From contig OZ243956.1 in NCBI GenBank assembly GCA_965214405.1, positions 704,001-768,000 of the forward strand: 64,000 bases of DNA, given 5' to 3'. Both the position numbers and the translations under genes were made by a program. This stretch comes from Trueperaceae bacterium (GTDB taxonomy: Bacteria > Deinococcota > Deinococci > Deinococcales > Trueperaceae). How positions within the stretch are numbered: the first letter of the stretch is position 1; every line of letters begins with the position of its first letter. This document shows positions 30,816-41,098 of this stretch, piece after piece. Below the pieces are notes generated by a model, which saw only the letters and a list, made by a program, of their open reading frames with translations, was not told the origin of the DNA and did no database searches.

Positions 30816-32154
30816 CAGCCGGAACCTCCCACACAGCCTTGAGCGCCGCGCCTAAAGTCGTCACCGCGACGCCGCGCTTGCCGTCGCGTTTGGGGCCGAC
30901 GAAGTGCTTGTAACCCGTGCGAGCCGCCTCGGCGGCGCGGCGCTCGAGCTGCGTCACCGAGCGAATCTCGCCCGCCAAGCCGACCTCGCCGACGACCGCC
31001 GTGCCCTCGGGCACAGGGCGGTTGGTGACCGCCGAATAGACCGCGAGCGCCACCGCCAAATCGGTGCCGGGGTCCGTGAGGCGCAGCCCGCCCGCGACGT
31101 TCACGTAGACGTCGAGACCTGCGAGGGGCAGCTCGAGCCGACGCTCCAACACCGCCAACACCACGTCCACCCGCCGCGCGTCGAGCCCTTGCACGATGCG
31201 CCGCGGCGACGGGTAGGGCGACTTGGCGGCGAGCGCCTGGACTTCTAATAACAGCGGGCGCTGACCCTCCAACGCGGCCACGATGACCGAGCCCGCCACC
31301 CCCTTGGGCCGTTCGGCCAGAAACGCTTCCGAGGGATTGTCAACCGCGCGCATCCCCTCGCCGCTCATCTCAAACACGCCCATCTCGCCCGCGGGGCCGA
31401 AGCGGTTCTTGATAGCGCGCAGGACCCTAAAGCCCGAGGCGGATTCCAGCGACAGCGTCGCGTCCACCATGTGTTCAATCACCTTGGGTCCGGCAATCGA
31501 GCCCTGCTTGGTCACGTGACCGATGAGGACGAGCGTGCTGCCGACCTCCTTGGCGGCTTGCGTAAGGAGCGCCGTCGCGTCACGGACCTGCGTCAAGGAG
31601 CCCGGCGTGGCTCCGTCCTCAGCGGTGAGCGTCTGAACCGAGTCGATGATGACGAGCTGCGGCGCGCTCCCGCGCAGATGCTCGGCGAGCACGCGCGCGT
31701 CGGTCTCGCGGGTGAGTTCCATCGCCGTCGACACGCCCAGCCGCTCCGCGCGGCCCTTGATTTGCGCCAACGACTCCTCACCCGCCACGTACAGCGTGCT
31801 CCGCGCAGCAGAAAGCGATTCATGCGCGAGCTGGAGCAGCAGCGTAGATTTGCCGATGCCGGGCTCGCCCGCCAGCAGCAACACCGAGCCCGCTACCCAG
31901 CCGCCGCCAAGCACCCGGTCGACTTCAGTAAGCCCCGACGACGCCCGCAACACCTGCGACCCGTCCACCTCATCAAGCCGCGTGACCACGGCGCTGTGAC
32001 TCGGGACACTTCCGCCGAGCATTCGAGTAGGGGCGGGACGCTCAACTTTGGCCTCCATACTGCCCCAACTCCCGCAACGGGGACAGCGGCCCATCTGCAC
32101 GGGCGACTGCGTGCCGCATTCGGTACAGACGTAGCTGGTCGACGTTTTAGCCAT
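30808..32154 (-). CDS. radA: DNA repair protein RadA/Sms
   Basis: C4 Zn finger, GEPGIGKST, KNRFG. Confidence 0.96.
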   Translation of the reverse strand: MAKTSTSYVCTECGTQSPVQMGRCPRCGSWGSMEAKVERPAPTRMLGGSVPSHSAVVTRLDEVDGSQVLRASSGLTEVDRVLGGGWVAGSVLLLAGEPGIGKSTLLLQLAHESLSAARSTLYVAGEESLAQIKGRAERLGVSTAMELTRETDARVLAEHLRGSAPQLVIIDSVQTLTAEDGATPGSLTQVRDATALLTQAAKEVGSTLVLIGHVTKQGSIAGPKVIEHMVDATLSLESASGFRVLRAIKNRFGPAGEMGVFEMSGEGMRAVDNPSEAFLAERPKGVAGSVIVAALEGQRPLLLEVQALAAKSPYPSPRRIVQGLDARRVDVVLAVLERRLELPLAGLDVYVNVAGGLRLTDPGTDLAVALAVYSAVTNRPVPEGTAVVGEVGLAGEIRSVTQLERRAAEAARTGYKHFVGPKRDGKRGVAVTTLGAALKAVWEVPAVA

Positions 32155-32390
32155 AACGAATTCTCAACACCCGTTTATTTTACCTTGAAGGTCGCGCGCG
32201 CGGGGCGCACTGTGAGCAAATTCGCAAGTGAAACCACAGCAAAAAGCCGGAAGTGCGTACTCCCGGCCCGACTAGCCCACGCACCATGTAGAGGCAAAAA
32301 AGAAGCGAAGAGCTTTTGTCCCTACTCTCCGCTTCTCACTTTTTACTCGCCACTCACCACTAAGCATTCACCACTTTCAGGCGCTCGCGT

Positions 32391-34595
32391 CTAAACCATC
32401 GGCACGGGCCGCGCGAACACAACTTTCTCGTCTTCGACGGTCACAATGAGGCCGTCGCCGGAGCCGTGGGTGAGCAGCTCGAGCGACAGCGGGTCCTCGA
32501 TATGCTCGCGCAACACCGCGCGGAGGGGCCGCGCGCTTTCGCCTTTGGGCATTTTGGACACCAAGAACGACGCCACCTCGCTGCTAAAGGTGACTTGGAT
32601 GTCGCGGCTCGAGAGTTCGTCGCGGATTTCTTCTAACATCCCGTTGGCGATGTACAAGACGCCCTGCTCGTCAAAGGTTTGAAAGGGGATCACTTCGTCC
32701 AAGCGGTCCAAAAATTCGGGGCTGAAAATGCCTTTTAAGGGACTCTGCACATCTTTACCGATGTTTTGGAAGCCGACGCCGGGGCCGGTATTAAAGCCCG
32801 TGTTCGAGGTCATGATGAGAATCACGCGGCGGAAGTCCACGGTGCGGCCTAAACCGTCGGTCAAACGACCGTCGTCGAGCACCTGCAAAAACGTGTTGTA
32901 AATGTCCGGGTGCGCTTTCTCAATTTCATCCAAAAGCACCACCGAGAAGGGCTGACGGCGCACCGCCTCGGTCAGGCGTCCCCCCTGCTCGTGCCCGACG
33001 TAGCCGGGAGGCGCGCCGATAAGTTTGCTTATCGCGTGGCCCTCTTGATATTCGGACATGTCAAGCCTGACCAACGCGCGTTCGGAGCCGAACAGTTCAA
33101 CCGCGAGCTGTTTGGCGAGGTAGGTTTTACCGGTGCCCGAGGGGCCGACGAATAGGAACGAGGCCGATACTCGAGTTCGCCCCCCCAGCCCCACCCGCGC
33201 GCGCCGCAACGCCGCGCCGAGCGCGTTGATGGCCTTGTTCTGACCTACCACATGACGCTTTAAGGCGCTCTCAATGTTGGCGAGCTTTTCGTCGTCCTGG
33301 TCGTCCACATAGATGCCGCCCCACGAGTTGATGACCGCTTCGATGTCCTCGCGGCTCACCACCGGGGTGCCGTCCTCTTCTTCTAGCACGGGAAAACCGA
33401 GCGACTTGTTGAGCCGCGTGCGCGCCGCCGCCTCGTCGATGAGGTCGATGGCCTTGTCGGGAAAGTTGCGGCCCGGCAAGGAGCGTTCGCCGTAACGGAC
33501 GGAAACTTCTAAGATTTGCTCGGGGATGAGGACGCCGTGGTGCGTTTCGTAGCGCTCGCGCAGGCCGTGGAGGATTTCAAGCGTTTCTTCGGGGGAAGGC
33601 TCGAGCACAATCACCGGCTGAAAGCGCCGCTCCAACGCCGCGTCTTTTTCGATGTAGCGGTGATACTCGCCCGTGGTCGTCGCGCCGATCACCTGCACCT
33701 CGCCGCGCGAGAGAGGGGGCTTGAGGATGTTCGCGGCGTCCAGCGTTCCTTCCGCGCCGCCCGCGCCCACGAGCGTGTGAAGCTCGTCGATAAAGGCGAC
33801 GACCTTGGCCGCGCGGAGTTCTTCAATTACTTGCCTTAAGCGTTCTTCAAACTCACCGCGGTACTTTGTGCCCGCGACGATGTTCGACAGGTCAATCGAC
33901 AAGACCCGGTGGTTACGCAGGTTCGGCGGCACCCGGCCTTCGATGACGGCTTTGGCTAAACCCTCAACGATGGCCGTCTTGCCCACGCCGGGTTCGCCAA
34001 TCAGGACGGGATTATTCTTGGTGCGGCGGGAGAGAATTTGGATGACGCGCCGAATCTCTTCGGTCCGGCCAATCACGGGGTCAAGTTTGCCCTCGCGCGC
34101 CGCCTTGGTGAGGTCTCTGGCGTACTCGTCCAGAAAGGGTGTGTTGACCGTTTCGGGCTGGCCCTTGGGGTCGGCGGCGGCGAGAATGCGCCAGCGCACC
34201 GTGTCCACGTCTCGAGTCAAGCCTTGCAGGATGCGGTAGGCCACCCCGTCGCCCTCGCGGATGATGCCCAACAAAATGTGCTCGGTGGCAATCACGTTCG
34301 AGCCGAGCGAACGCGCCTCAGAGCCCGCCAACTCCATCACGCGCCGCGCCCGCGGGGTGATGGCGGCGGTTTCGTTGCGGGGCAAGCCGTCGCCGCGGCC
34401 CACCATCTCTTCGACCTGGCGGCGGAAACCTTCCAGGGTCGCGCCGAACTCGCTCAGGACGCGGCTCGCGGTGCCGCCCTCGCGCATGAGGCCCAAGAGC
34501 AGGTGCTCGGGGCCGATCATCGCGTGGCCTAGCTTCGACCCCTCTTCTCTGGCAAAGTGAAACACCAGTCTCGCGCGGTCATCGTATCTATTCAT
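32391..34595 (-). CDS. clpC: ATP-dependent Clp protease ATP-binding subunit
   Basis: Clp-N repeats, GEPGVGKT, GPSGTGKT, DMSEY, LLDEIEKAH. Confidence 0.92.
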   Translation of the reverse strand: MNRYDDRARLVFHFAREEGSKLGHAMIGPEHLLLGLMREGGTASRVLSEFGATLEGFRRQVEEMVGRGDGLPRNETAAITPRARRVMELAGSEARSLGSNVIATEHILLGIIREGDGVAYRILQGLTRDVDTVRWRILAAADPKGQPETVNTPFLDEYARDLTKAAREGKLDPVIGRTEEIRRVIQILSRRTKNNPVLIGEPGVGKTAIVEGLAKAVIEGRVPPNLRNHRVLSIDLSNIVAGTKYRGEFEERLRQVIEELRAAKVVAFIDELHTLVGAGGAEGTLDAANILKPPLSRGEVQVIGATTTGEYHRYIEKDAALERRFQPVIVLEPSPEETLEILHGLRERYETHHGVLIPEQILEVSVRYGERSLPGRNFPDKAIDLIDEAAARTRLNKSLGFPVLEEEDGTPVVSREDIEAVINSWGGIYVDDQDDEKLANIESALKRHVVGQNKAINALGAALRRARVGLGGRTRVSASFLFVGPSGTGKTYLAKQLAVELFGSERALVRLDMSEYQEGHAISKLIGAPPGYVGHEQGGRLTEAVRRQPFSVVLLDEIEKAHPDIYNTFLQVLDDGRLTDGLGRTVDFRRVILIMTSNTGFNTGPGVGFQNIGKDVQSPLKGIFSPEFLDRLDEVIPFQTFDEQGVLYIANGMLEEIRDELSSRDIQVTFSSEVASFLVSKMPKGESARPLRAVLREHIEDPLSLELLTHGSGDGLIVTVEDEKVVFARPVPMV

Positions 34596-34936
34596 CGCCG
34601 TTCCTGTTCATGGGTATGGTCATGGTCACGTCATTAGTATGGACTTGATGGTCGTGTCTACCCTTAGTTTTGCGCAACGTAAAGCCCCTCTTTCGTACCG
34701 TAACGCGCATCATAGCGCGCGGGGTGGGCGTCCGCCTGTGACCGAAGGGTAACGGGCGACGAGAAAGGCGGAAGATGGTCCTATGTGCATAATGTTATAC
34801 TACGCGCTCACTGGGGGGCCTGAAAGGGCTTCTGTTACTTTCGCCTAGAAATATCACGAGAAACATGTGGGCAGATTGACCACAGCAATCACCGTTCCTT
34901 CATTCCCTTGTGTACACCCTATTTTGAGGAGCCGCC

Positions 34937-35881
34937 ATGTACTTTCAGGATATCATACTCCAACTCGACCGCTTCTGGGCCGACCACGGCTGCGTCATCG
35001 CGCAACCCCACGACGCCGAGGTGGGCGCGGGCACGTTTTATCCCACGACTTTTTTGAAAGCCTTGGGGCCTGAACCCTGGCGGGTGGCGGGCGTGGCCCC
35101 GAGTCGGCGTCCCGGCGACGGGCGCTACGGCGATAATCCCTACCGTTTTCAGTATTTTTTCCAGTACCAGGTCCTGCTTAAACCCTCGCCCTTAGACGTG
35201 CAGGCGCTTTATTTAGAATCACTTTACGCCCTGGGCATCGACCCGCACGCGCACGACATTCGCTTTGTCGAGGACAACTGGGAGTCGCCGACGCTAGGCG
35301 CGTGGGGGCTCGGCTGGGAGGTGTGGATGGACGGGATGGAGATTACCCAGTTCACCTACTTTCAGCAGGTCGGCGGCGTGGACGTAAAGCCGGTGTCGGT
35401 CGAGCTTACCTACGGGTTAGAACGCCTCGCTATGTACCTGCAAAACAAGGGGCATACTTTTGATGTTGAGTACGCGCCCGGCGTGAGTATCGGCGCGTTG
35501 CGGCGCGACTTCGAGGTGCAGAGCTGCGACTACAACTTTAACCACGTCAACGTCGAGCTTCAGCGCAGCCTGTTCGACGCCTTTGAGGGGGAGGCGCGGC
35601 GTTTGTTGGCGTTGGGCCTCATCTACCCTGCGTACGAATTCGTCCTCAAGACGAGTCACGCGTTCAATCTGCTCGAGGCGAGGGGCGCGCTTTCACATAC
35701 GGAGCGGCAAGCCTACGTGCAGCGTGTGCGGCGCTTGAGCGAGGGCACGGCCAAGGCGTATCTGGCGAGCCTAGCATCCGGCTCAGAATCCTCTTTAGCA
35801 TCCTCTGATGTAAGCCCTACGGATTCAAAACCTGCTGGTTCAGAGTCTACGGGTTCAAAATCCAATGTGGCGGCGGCTTGA
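34937..35881 (+). CDS. glyQ: Glycine-tRNA ligase alpha subunit
   Basis: [28 protein letters not shown]. Confidence 0.96.
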   Translation: MYFQDIILQLDRFWADHGCVIAQPHDAEVGAGTFYPTTFLKALGPEPWRVAGVAPSRRPGDGRYGDNPYRFQYFFQYQVLLKPSPLDVQALYLESLYALGIDPHAHDIRFVEDNWESPTLGAWGLGWEVWMDGMEITQFTYFQQVGGVDVKPVSVELTYGLERLAMYLQNKGHTFDVEYAPGVSIGALRRDFEVQSCDYNFNHVNVELQRSLFDAFEGEARRLLALGLIYPAYEFVLKTSHAFNLLEARGALSHTERQAYVQRVRRLSEGTAKAYLASLASGSESSLASSDVSPTDSKPAGSESTGSKSNVAAA

Positions 35882-38022
35882 TGGCAGAGTTGCTATTCGA
35901 ACTCGGCACCGAGGAGTTGCCGAGCTGGTACGTGGTGCAGGCCAAAGCGGCGGCGGCGGAACTTATGAAGGCGGGCCTCGAGGGGGCGGGCCTCGCATAC
36001 ACCTCCCTCACCTCCTACGCGACCCCGCGGCGCATCGCGGTCAGGGTGGGGGGCTTGAGCGACACGAGCCGCGCCCGCACCGAAAAGCGGCGCGGCCCGG
36101 CGGAGGGCGTCGCGTTTGACGGGGCGGGAAAGCCCACCAAAGCCGCCGTGGGCTTCGCGCGCGCCTCAGGCGTCCCTCCCGAAAATCTTGTGGTTGAAGA
36201 AACCGAGCGGGGCCGCTACGTGTTCGCCCTCCTCGAGGAGGGCGGCGAGCGCGCCGCGGACGTTTTGCCGCCCCTTCTGACAAGCCTGGTCGAACGCTTT
36301 CCCGCGCCGCGCAAGATGCGCTGGGCGGACGTGCCCACGCCCTTCGTGCGCCCCGTCGCCTGGTGCGTGGCGCTTTTGGACGACGCGGTGCTGCCGCTCA
36401 GCGTTGCAGGCGTTCATTCGGGCAACGTCACGCGCGGGCACCGCTTTTTGGGGCCGCAGGCGCTGGTGCTGGAGAGTCCGGCAGGCTATGTGGACGCGCT
36501 CGAGGCCGCCTTTGTCTTGCCCGACGTGGACGCGCGTGAGGCGCGGACCTGGGAGGTTGCGGAGGCGACGGCGGGCGAGGCGGGGCTCGAGCTCCTACAC
36601 GACGCCGCACTTTTACAAGAGGTCGCGGGGCTTATCGAGTGGCCCGTGGGGGTGCTCGGGACGTTTGACAAGGCGTATTTAGAGCTACCCGAAGAGGTGC
36701 TCGTCACCATCATGATTCACCACCAGCGCTTCTTCCCGACGCGGGACAAGTCAGGAAAACTCGCCCCGCGTTTTGTGAGCGTGTCCAACAACAAAGTGCC
36801 CGACGAAAGCGTTATCCGCGAGGGCTACGAGCGCGTGCTCGGCGGGCGACTCTTCGACGCCCGCTTTTTCTGGGAGGCGGACCGGCGTAAGAGGTTGCTC
36901 GAGCACGCGCAGGGTCTCGAGGGCATCGGCTTTCAAAGGGACTTGGGCACGATGGCCGACAAGGTCGCGCGGGTGGGCGGGACGGCGCGGCGGCTCGGCG
37001 AACGGCTGGGGCTGTCCGAAACCGAGCGGGACACCCTGTCACGCGCCGCGCCCCTTTTTCGCGCTGACCTAAGCACGCAAATGGTCTTCGAATTGCCCGA
37101 GTTGGAGGGCGTGATGGCGAGGGCTTACGCGCTCGCCGAGGGCTATCCGGCTATGGTGGCGGCGGCGTTAGAAGACGGCGTCAAGCCCACCGGACCGGGC
37201 GCGCCGCTCCCCGCCTCGCGCGCGGGCGCGCTCCTCGCGGTGGCCGACCGTGCGGACAAGCTCATGGGCTTTTTCGCGCTTGGCAAACGCCCGACGGGCT
37301 CGGCGGACCCCTTTGGGCTGCGGCGCGACGCCACCGCCCTCGCGCGGACGCTCAACGCGCAGGGCTGGCCTTTGAGTCTGGACGAGGTTGTGGCGGACGC
37401 CGGGGCGGGGTACGGCTCGAGCCCCGCAGAGACGTCCAAAGTAGACCTATCCAAAGGTGTCCGAGAAGACGTCGTCTCGTTCCTATGGGACCGCGTCGCC
37501 GGGCTCTTAACCGACGAGGGCGTCCGCCCCGAACTCGTCAAGGCCGCCGTGGCCGACGCGCCGCCCGTCGTCACCGCTGCGCGGCGCGCACACCTGCTGA
37601 GGGCGCTCAGTCAAGAAGAAGACTTTGACGCGCTCCTCACGCTCTACAAACGCGCCGCGAACCTAAGCGTGCAGGCCGACGCGGGCGCGGTTGTCGACCC
37701 CGCGCGCTTTACCGACCTTCACGAAGCGCCCCTTTACGAGGCGCTGCCTGGCGCGCGGGGGGCCGTCCAAGAGCTTCTAAAAGAGGCGGAGCGAACGCTC
37801 GAGCCCTGGGACTTGGGCCGCGGCCCGGCAAAAAAGCTCCCCAACCTCGACGGGACCATCGCGGACGTTCTCGCGCTCAAGAACCCGCTCGATTCATTTC
37901 TGGACAACGTGTTGGTCATGGTCGACGACGAGGCGGTGAGGCAAAATAGGCTGGCGCTGCTTTTAGAGGTGAGAAACGCACTGCGCGCTTTGGGGGCGTT
38001 AGAAGCGTTGGAAGGACTCTAG
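35881..38022 (+). CDS. glyS: Glycine-tRNA ligase beta subunit
   Basis: ELGTEELP, TPRR, HQRFFP, TGSADPFGLRR. Confidence 0.95.
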   Translation: MAELLFELGTEELPSWYVVQAKAAAAELMKAGLEGAGLAYTSLTSYATPRRIAVRVGGLSDTSRARTEKRRGPAEGVAFDGAGKPTKAAVGFARASGVPPENLVVEETERGRYVFALLEEGGERAADVLPPLLTSLVERFPAPRKMRWADVPTPFVRPVAWCVALLDDAVLPLSVAGVHSGNVTRGHRFLGPQALVLESPAGYVDALEAAFVLPDVDAREARTWEVAEATAGEAGLELLHDAALLQEVAGLIEWPVGVLGTFDKAYLELPEEVLVTIMIHHQRFFPTRDKSGKLAPRFVSVSNNKVPDESVIREGYERVLGGRLFDARFFWEADRRKRLLEHAQGLEGIGFQRDLGTMADKVARVGGTARRLGERLGLSETERDTLSRAAPLFRADLSTQMVFELPELEGVMARAYALAEGYPAMVAAALEDGVKPTGPGAPLPASRAGALLAVADRADKLMGFFALGKRPTGSADPFGLRRDATALARTLNAQGWPLSLDEVVADAGAGYGSSPAETSKVDLSKGVREDVVSFLWDRVAGLLTDEGVRPELVKAAVADAPPVVTAARRAHLLRALSQEEDFDALLTLYKRAANLSVQADAGAVVDPARFTDLHEAPLYEALPGARGAVQELLKEAERTLEPWDLGRGPAKKLPNLDGTIADVLALKNPLDSFLDNVLVMVDDEAVRQNRLALLLEVRNALRALGALEALEGL

Positions 38023-38133
38023 GCTAAAGCGGTAGCTAAGTCTGCCGCTCTTTGACGCGCGCTGTAAAAATGTCAGATGTTTGAGTTCTTTGAGGCACGT
38101 GGGCATGGCCTTACTCTCTACCTCTTATAACCT

Positions 38134-38916
38134 CTAGCCCCCATGCGCGAAGTCGGGATCGTCCGTCATGCCGCCGTCCACAAACACCGACGTCCCCGTC
38201 ACGTAGCCCGCCGTGTCCGACGCGAGCATCACGGCCATGTTGGCAACGTCCGAGGTTTCGCCGATGCGCCCCAAGGGGATTTTACCGAGCAGGTCTTTAG
38301 ACATCGTCGGGTCCGCCCACACGGTGCGGTTGATGGGGGTTCTGATGGCCCCCGGCGCGAGCGCGACGACCCGCACGCCGTGGGGCGCGGCTTCTTGCGA
38401 GAGTGTCCGGGTGAGCATGGAGACACCCGCCTTGGCCGAAGTGTAGGCACTGTAGCCCGTCCAGGGGATGATCTCGTGGACAGAAGAGAGGTTCAAGATG
38501 ACACCCTTACCTTGGGGCACCATCCGCTTGAGCGCCTCGTGCGCGCAGTAGAACGCCCCGAAGAGATTGACCTCCAAGACTTTACGCCAGGCCGCCAAAT
38601 CGGTTTCCCAGGCGACTTGACGCGCCCCGTCAATACCCGCGTTGTTGACTAAGACGTCCAGACCGCCCCACGCCTCGTCCACCTGCGCAAACATACTCGC
38701 AACTTGTTCAGGGTTCGACACATCGGCCTCGAGCGCCAGCGCCTTGACGCCGCCCGCTTCCAAACGTTTCACGACCGCCTCAGCGTCTTCGGGTCTGGCG
38801 ACGTAGTTGACCACCACGTCCGCGCCCGCCGCGCCGAACGCCTCCGCGACGGCCTCGCCGATGCCCGAGTTTGCGCCCGTGACGAGCGCGCGTTTGCCTG
38901 CTAGAGAAATCTCCAT
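38134..38916 (-). CDS. SDR oxidoreductase (glucose 1-dehydrogenase-like)
   Basis: TGANSGIG, NNAG, SSVHE, YTSAK. Confidence 0.88.
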   Translation of the reverse strand: MEISLAGKRALVTGANSGIGEAVAEAFGAAGADVVVNYVARPEDAEAVVKRLEAGGVKALALEADVSNPEQVASMFAQVDEAWGGLDVLVNNAGIDGARQVAWETDLAAWRKVLEVNLFGAFYCAHEALKRMVPQGKGVILNLSSVHEIIPWTGYSAYTSAKAGVSMLTRTLSQEAAPHGVRVVALAPGAIRTPINRTVWADPTMSKDLLGKIPLGRIGETSDVANMAVMLASDTAGYVTGTSVFVDGGMTDDPDFAHGG

Positions 38917-39030
38917 CTCGACCTTCTTTCAGCGCCGCTAAAGAGCAGCGAGGCGCGTGATATGCCCTTCTGGTGGTCCCGTTTAATGGTCCCGCGAATC
39001 CACAAATTAAAAGGGTGTGCGAAGCGCTCG

Positions 39031-39105
39031 GTGGGGCGTAGACATGTGGGGCGTAGACATGTGGGGCGTAGACATGTGGGGCGTAGACATGTGGGGCGTA
39101 GACAT
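39031..39105. repeat. 15-bp perfect tandem repeat (GTGGGGCGTAGACAT)x5
   Basis: Five exact head-to-tail copies, no spacers. Confidence 0.97.
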
Positions 39106-39307
39106 ACCGTAGCACTCCCGACCGTCGCACCAATCGGCCCTCCCCAGACCCTCGAGGCGCGTCAGCCGTGCTCAGCTTATACGAAGTTCACCGCGCGCGT
39201 CACCTTCCCGAATCAATTTTAATGGGTCTCGGCTGAGAAGCCGACTGGTTTTTGGCTGAGAGGGACCCGGGCAGCACCGTTCCAGACCATAATTTATGAT
39301 CTTAGTC

Positions 39308-39337
39308 TTGCCCAAACCAGACGATACCTGCTATACT
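39308..39337 (+). promoter_or_regulatory. Promoter of tRNA-Ser
   Basis: TTGCCC-18 nt-TATACT with extended -10 TG. Confidence 0.6.
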
Positions 39338-39353
39338 TTTCTGGCCCGCTTAC

Positions 39354-39446
<93 letters not shown>

Positions 39447-39450
39447 GGAC

Positions 39451-39499
39451 GAGAGAACCGCCTCGAGGAAACGATAAGCCTCGAGGCGGTTTTTCGCTC
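39451..39499 (+). terminator. Terminator after tRNA-Ser
   Basis: AACCGCCTCGAGG...CCTCGAGGCGGTTTTT. Confidence 0.8.
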
Positions 39500-40070
39500 T
39501 TCCCGCATTTCCCCCCGCCGCTATCCGCAGATGGGGCAAAAATGCTCGCTTTTCAAGCCGAAAAGCTCGTTCACCGTCACGGCGCTCACGAACTACTTAC
39601 TGCGGTCGTTTTCACGCTCATCTGCTACGGCTATGGTGGCGGCTTATAAGGCGAGGTAGGCTCTGTGCGGAGTTCATGTTCGCTGCCGTTATCTTCCCGC
39701 CACAGAGGGTGCTGAGTCAGCGGCGGTCGAGTCACTTCAGGTACGGACCTGCCGAGTGGGGTGACGCTGTTTGACATATGGACGACGGTTCAAGCTGAAA
39801 AAGTAGGCGGGCTTCTTATGGAGCTAACGGCCCGTACTGTCACCCGAGATTATACCGCTAAACCCCCGCACGTCGGCATCTGTTACCGAACCCAGGCTTT
39901 TAAGCGAAGCTCGGCAGCTCATTTGAGACTCACGTGCGTAAGCCGTGTTCTCCACCAGCGTCCCAATAGTGTGGTGCGCTGGTGGAGAGTAGCAACACCC
40001 CCGCCTGACGGAGCTCTGCTCATCTACAAGCCGCCTGCGGGGGGCAAACGCGGCTCCTGAGCCGGTCTGT

Positions 40071-40421
40071 CTAGTCGCGGGCGTCACCCTTTCGCAGCAG
40101 CGGGGCGAACTGCAGCCAGCCGAGGTGCATGAGCACGCGGAACATCAGCGCGCCGGGCGGGGCGCTGCCGAAAACGGTCACCGCCTCGGCCGCGAGGGTG
40201 ACCAGGACGTACCAGGCGGCGGCGCCCGCGTGCGCACGCCGGACCCACCGGTCGGGGGGCTCGCCCGGCTGGACAAAGACGACCGCGGCCACGGGCACGA
40301 TAAAGAGCAACACCGCCACTCAGGCGGGCAAGAGCGGCTGCAAGAGGTCGGCCAAGTAGCTGACCTGCCCGAATACGCCGACGACCACGCACCACAGTGA
40401 CCAGGTGTTAAGCCGGAGCAC
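40071..40421 (-). pseudogene. Small membrane protein with internal TGA
   Basis: GTG 40421 frame reads MLRLNTWSLWCVVVG...LLPA*VAVLLFIVP...; stop at 40320-40322 is in frame with ORF 40071..40319. Confidence 0.5.
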
Positions 40422-40524
40422 AGGTTCGCCCGACACTGCTGTGACCGGGCCGCCATCGTAACGCCCACGTGACCAAGACGCCCGGACTACCCGCTATGTC
40501 CCGCGTGTTTATGATCCGCCCCTC

Positions 40525-40968
40525 TCACAGCCGAATATGGACGCGGTCACTTTGCTCTTGGGCGTCCTCTTGGTCCTCGGCGCCAGGTTGCCACGAGGTT
40601 CCGGTCTCCTCCTGGACAGTACGGACGAGCATCCGCGCCGTGACGTAGGCGTCGCCGATGGCGCTGTGTTGCCAGGTTTGGACGGCCTGGTTGCCCAGTT
40701 CCCGGAGGAAAATGCGGCGGGCGACGGTGTAAAGACACCCCGCCCAGAACTTCTTCTCACCCAGGGTCGGGAAGCGTTCGCCTAAGTCGAAGTCGCAACC
40801 CGGGTAGCGCTCGAGTTCGTCCCAGTTTTTCAGTCTAGCGACGTAGCCCCGCTCTTCGTCCGTTCGCGCGACCTCCCCGCCGACTTGGAGGGCGAAAACG
40901 ACCAGCGAGCGAAGACGCCGGTTAGCCACGTTGAGGTACTGCTCGCCGATCAAGATAGCGCTCGACAT
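40525..40968 (-). CDS. Hypothetical protein
   Basis: 147-aa ORF, ATG with GGAGGGAG RBS. Confidence 0.65.
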   Translation of the reverse strand: MSSAILIGEQYLNVANRRLRSLVVFALQVGGEVARTDEERGYVARLKNWDELERYPGCDFDLGERFPTLGEKKFWAGCLYTVARRIFLRELGNQAVQTWQHSAIGDAYVTARMLVRTVQEETGTSWQPGAEDQEDAQEQSDRVHIRL

Positions 40969-41098
40969 TCGGGTTCACTCCCTCCGCGCAACGTTTGACC
41001 AATTAGCGGCGCAAAATCCGCTAACGGTTAGAAGATGATAACGCGGACGTTTTGCTCAAACCGTTGCGTCTCGCGGCCGCTGCACTGGCTCATGCGGC

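Noticed and set aside
31471..32394. Long antisense ORFs (also 54824-55828, 24913-25647, 49041-49793 and similar)
   Set aside because: Shadow frames of well-supported genes, expected in high-GC DNA, with no recognisable motifs.
34600..34700. CtsR or DdrO (RDRM) box upstream of clpC
   Set aside because: The CATGGT-like repeats and TTTTGCGCAACGTAA do not fit the consensus spacing of either site.
39031..39105. CRISPR array
   Set aside because: 15-bp units are head-to-tail with no spacers, and there are no cas genes in the window.
38780..39222. ORFs with (YAPHV)n or (VGRRH)n peptides
   Set aside because: Translation products of the 15-bp VNTR, with no RBS or coding signal.
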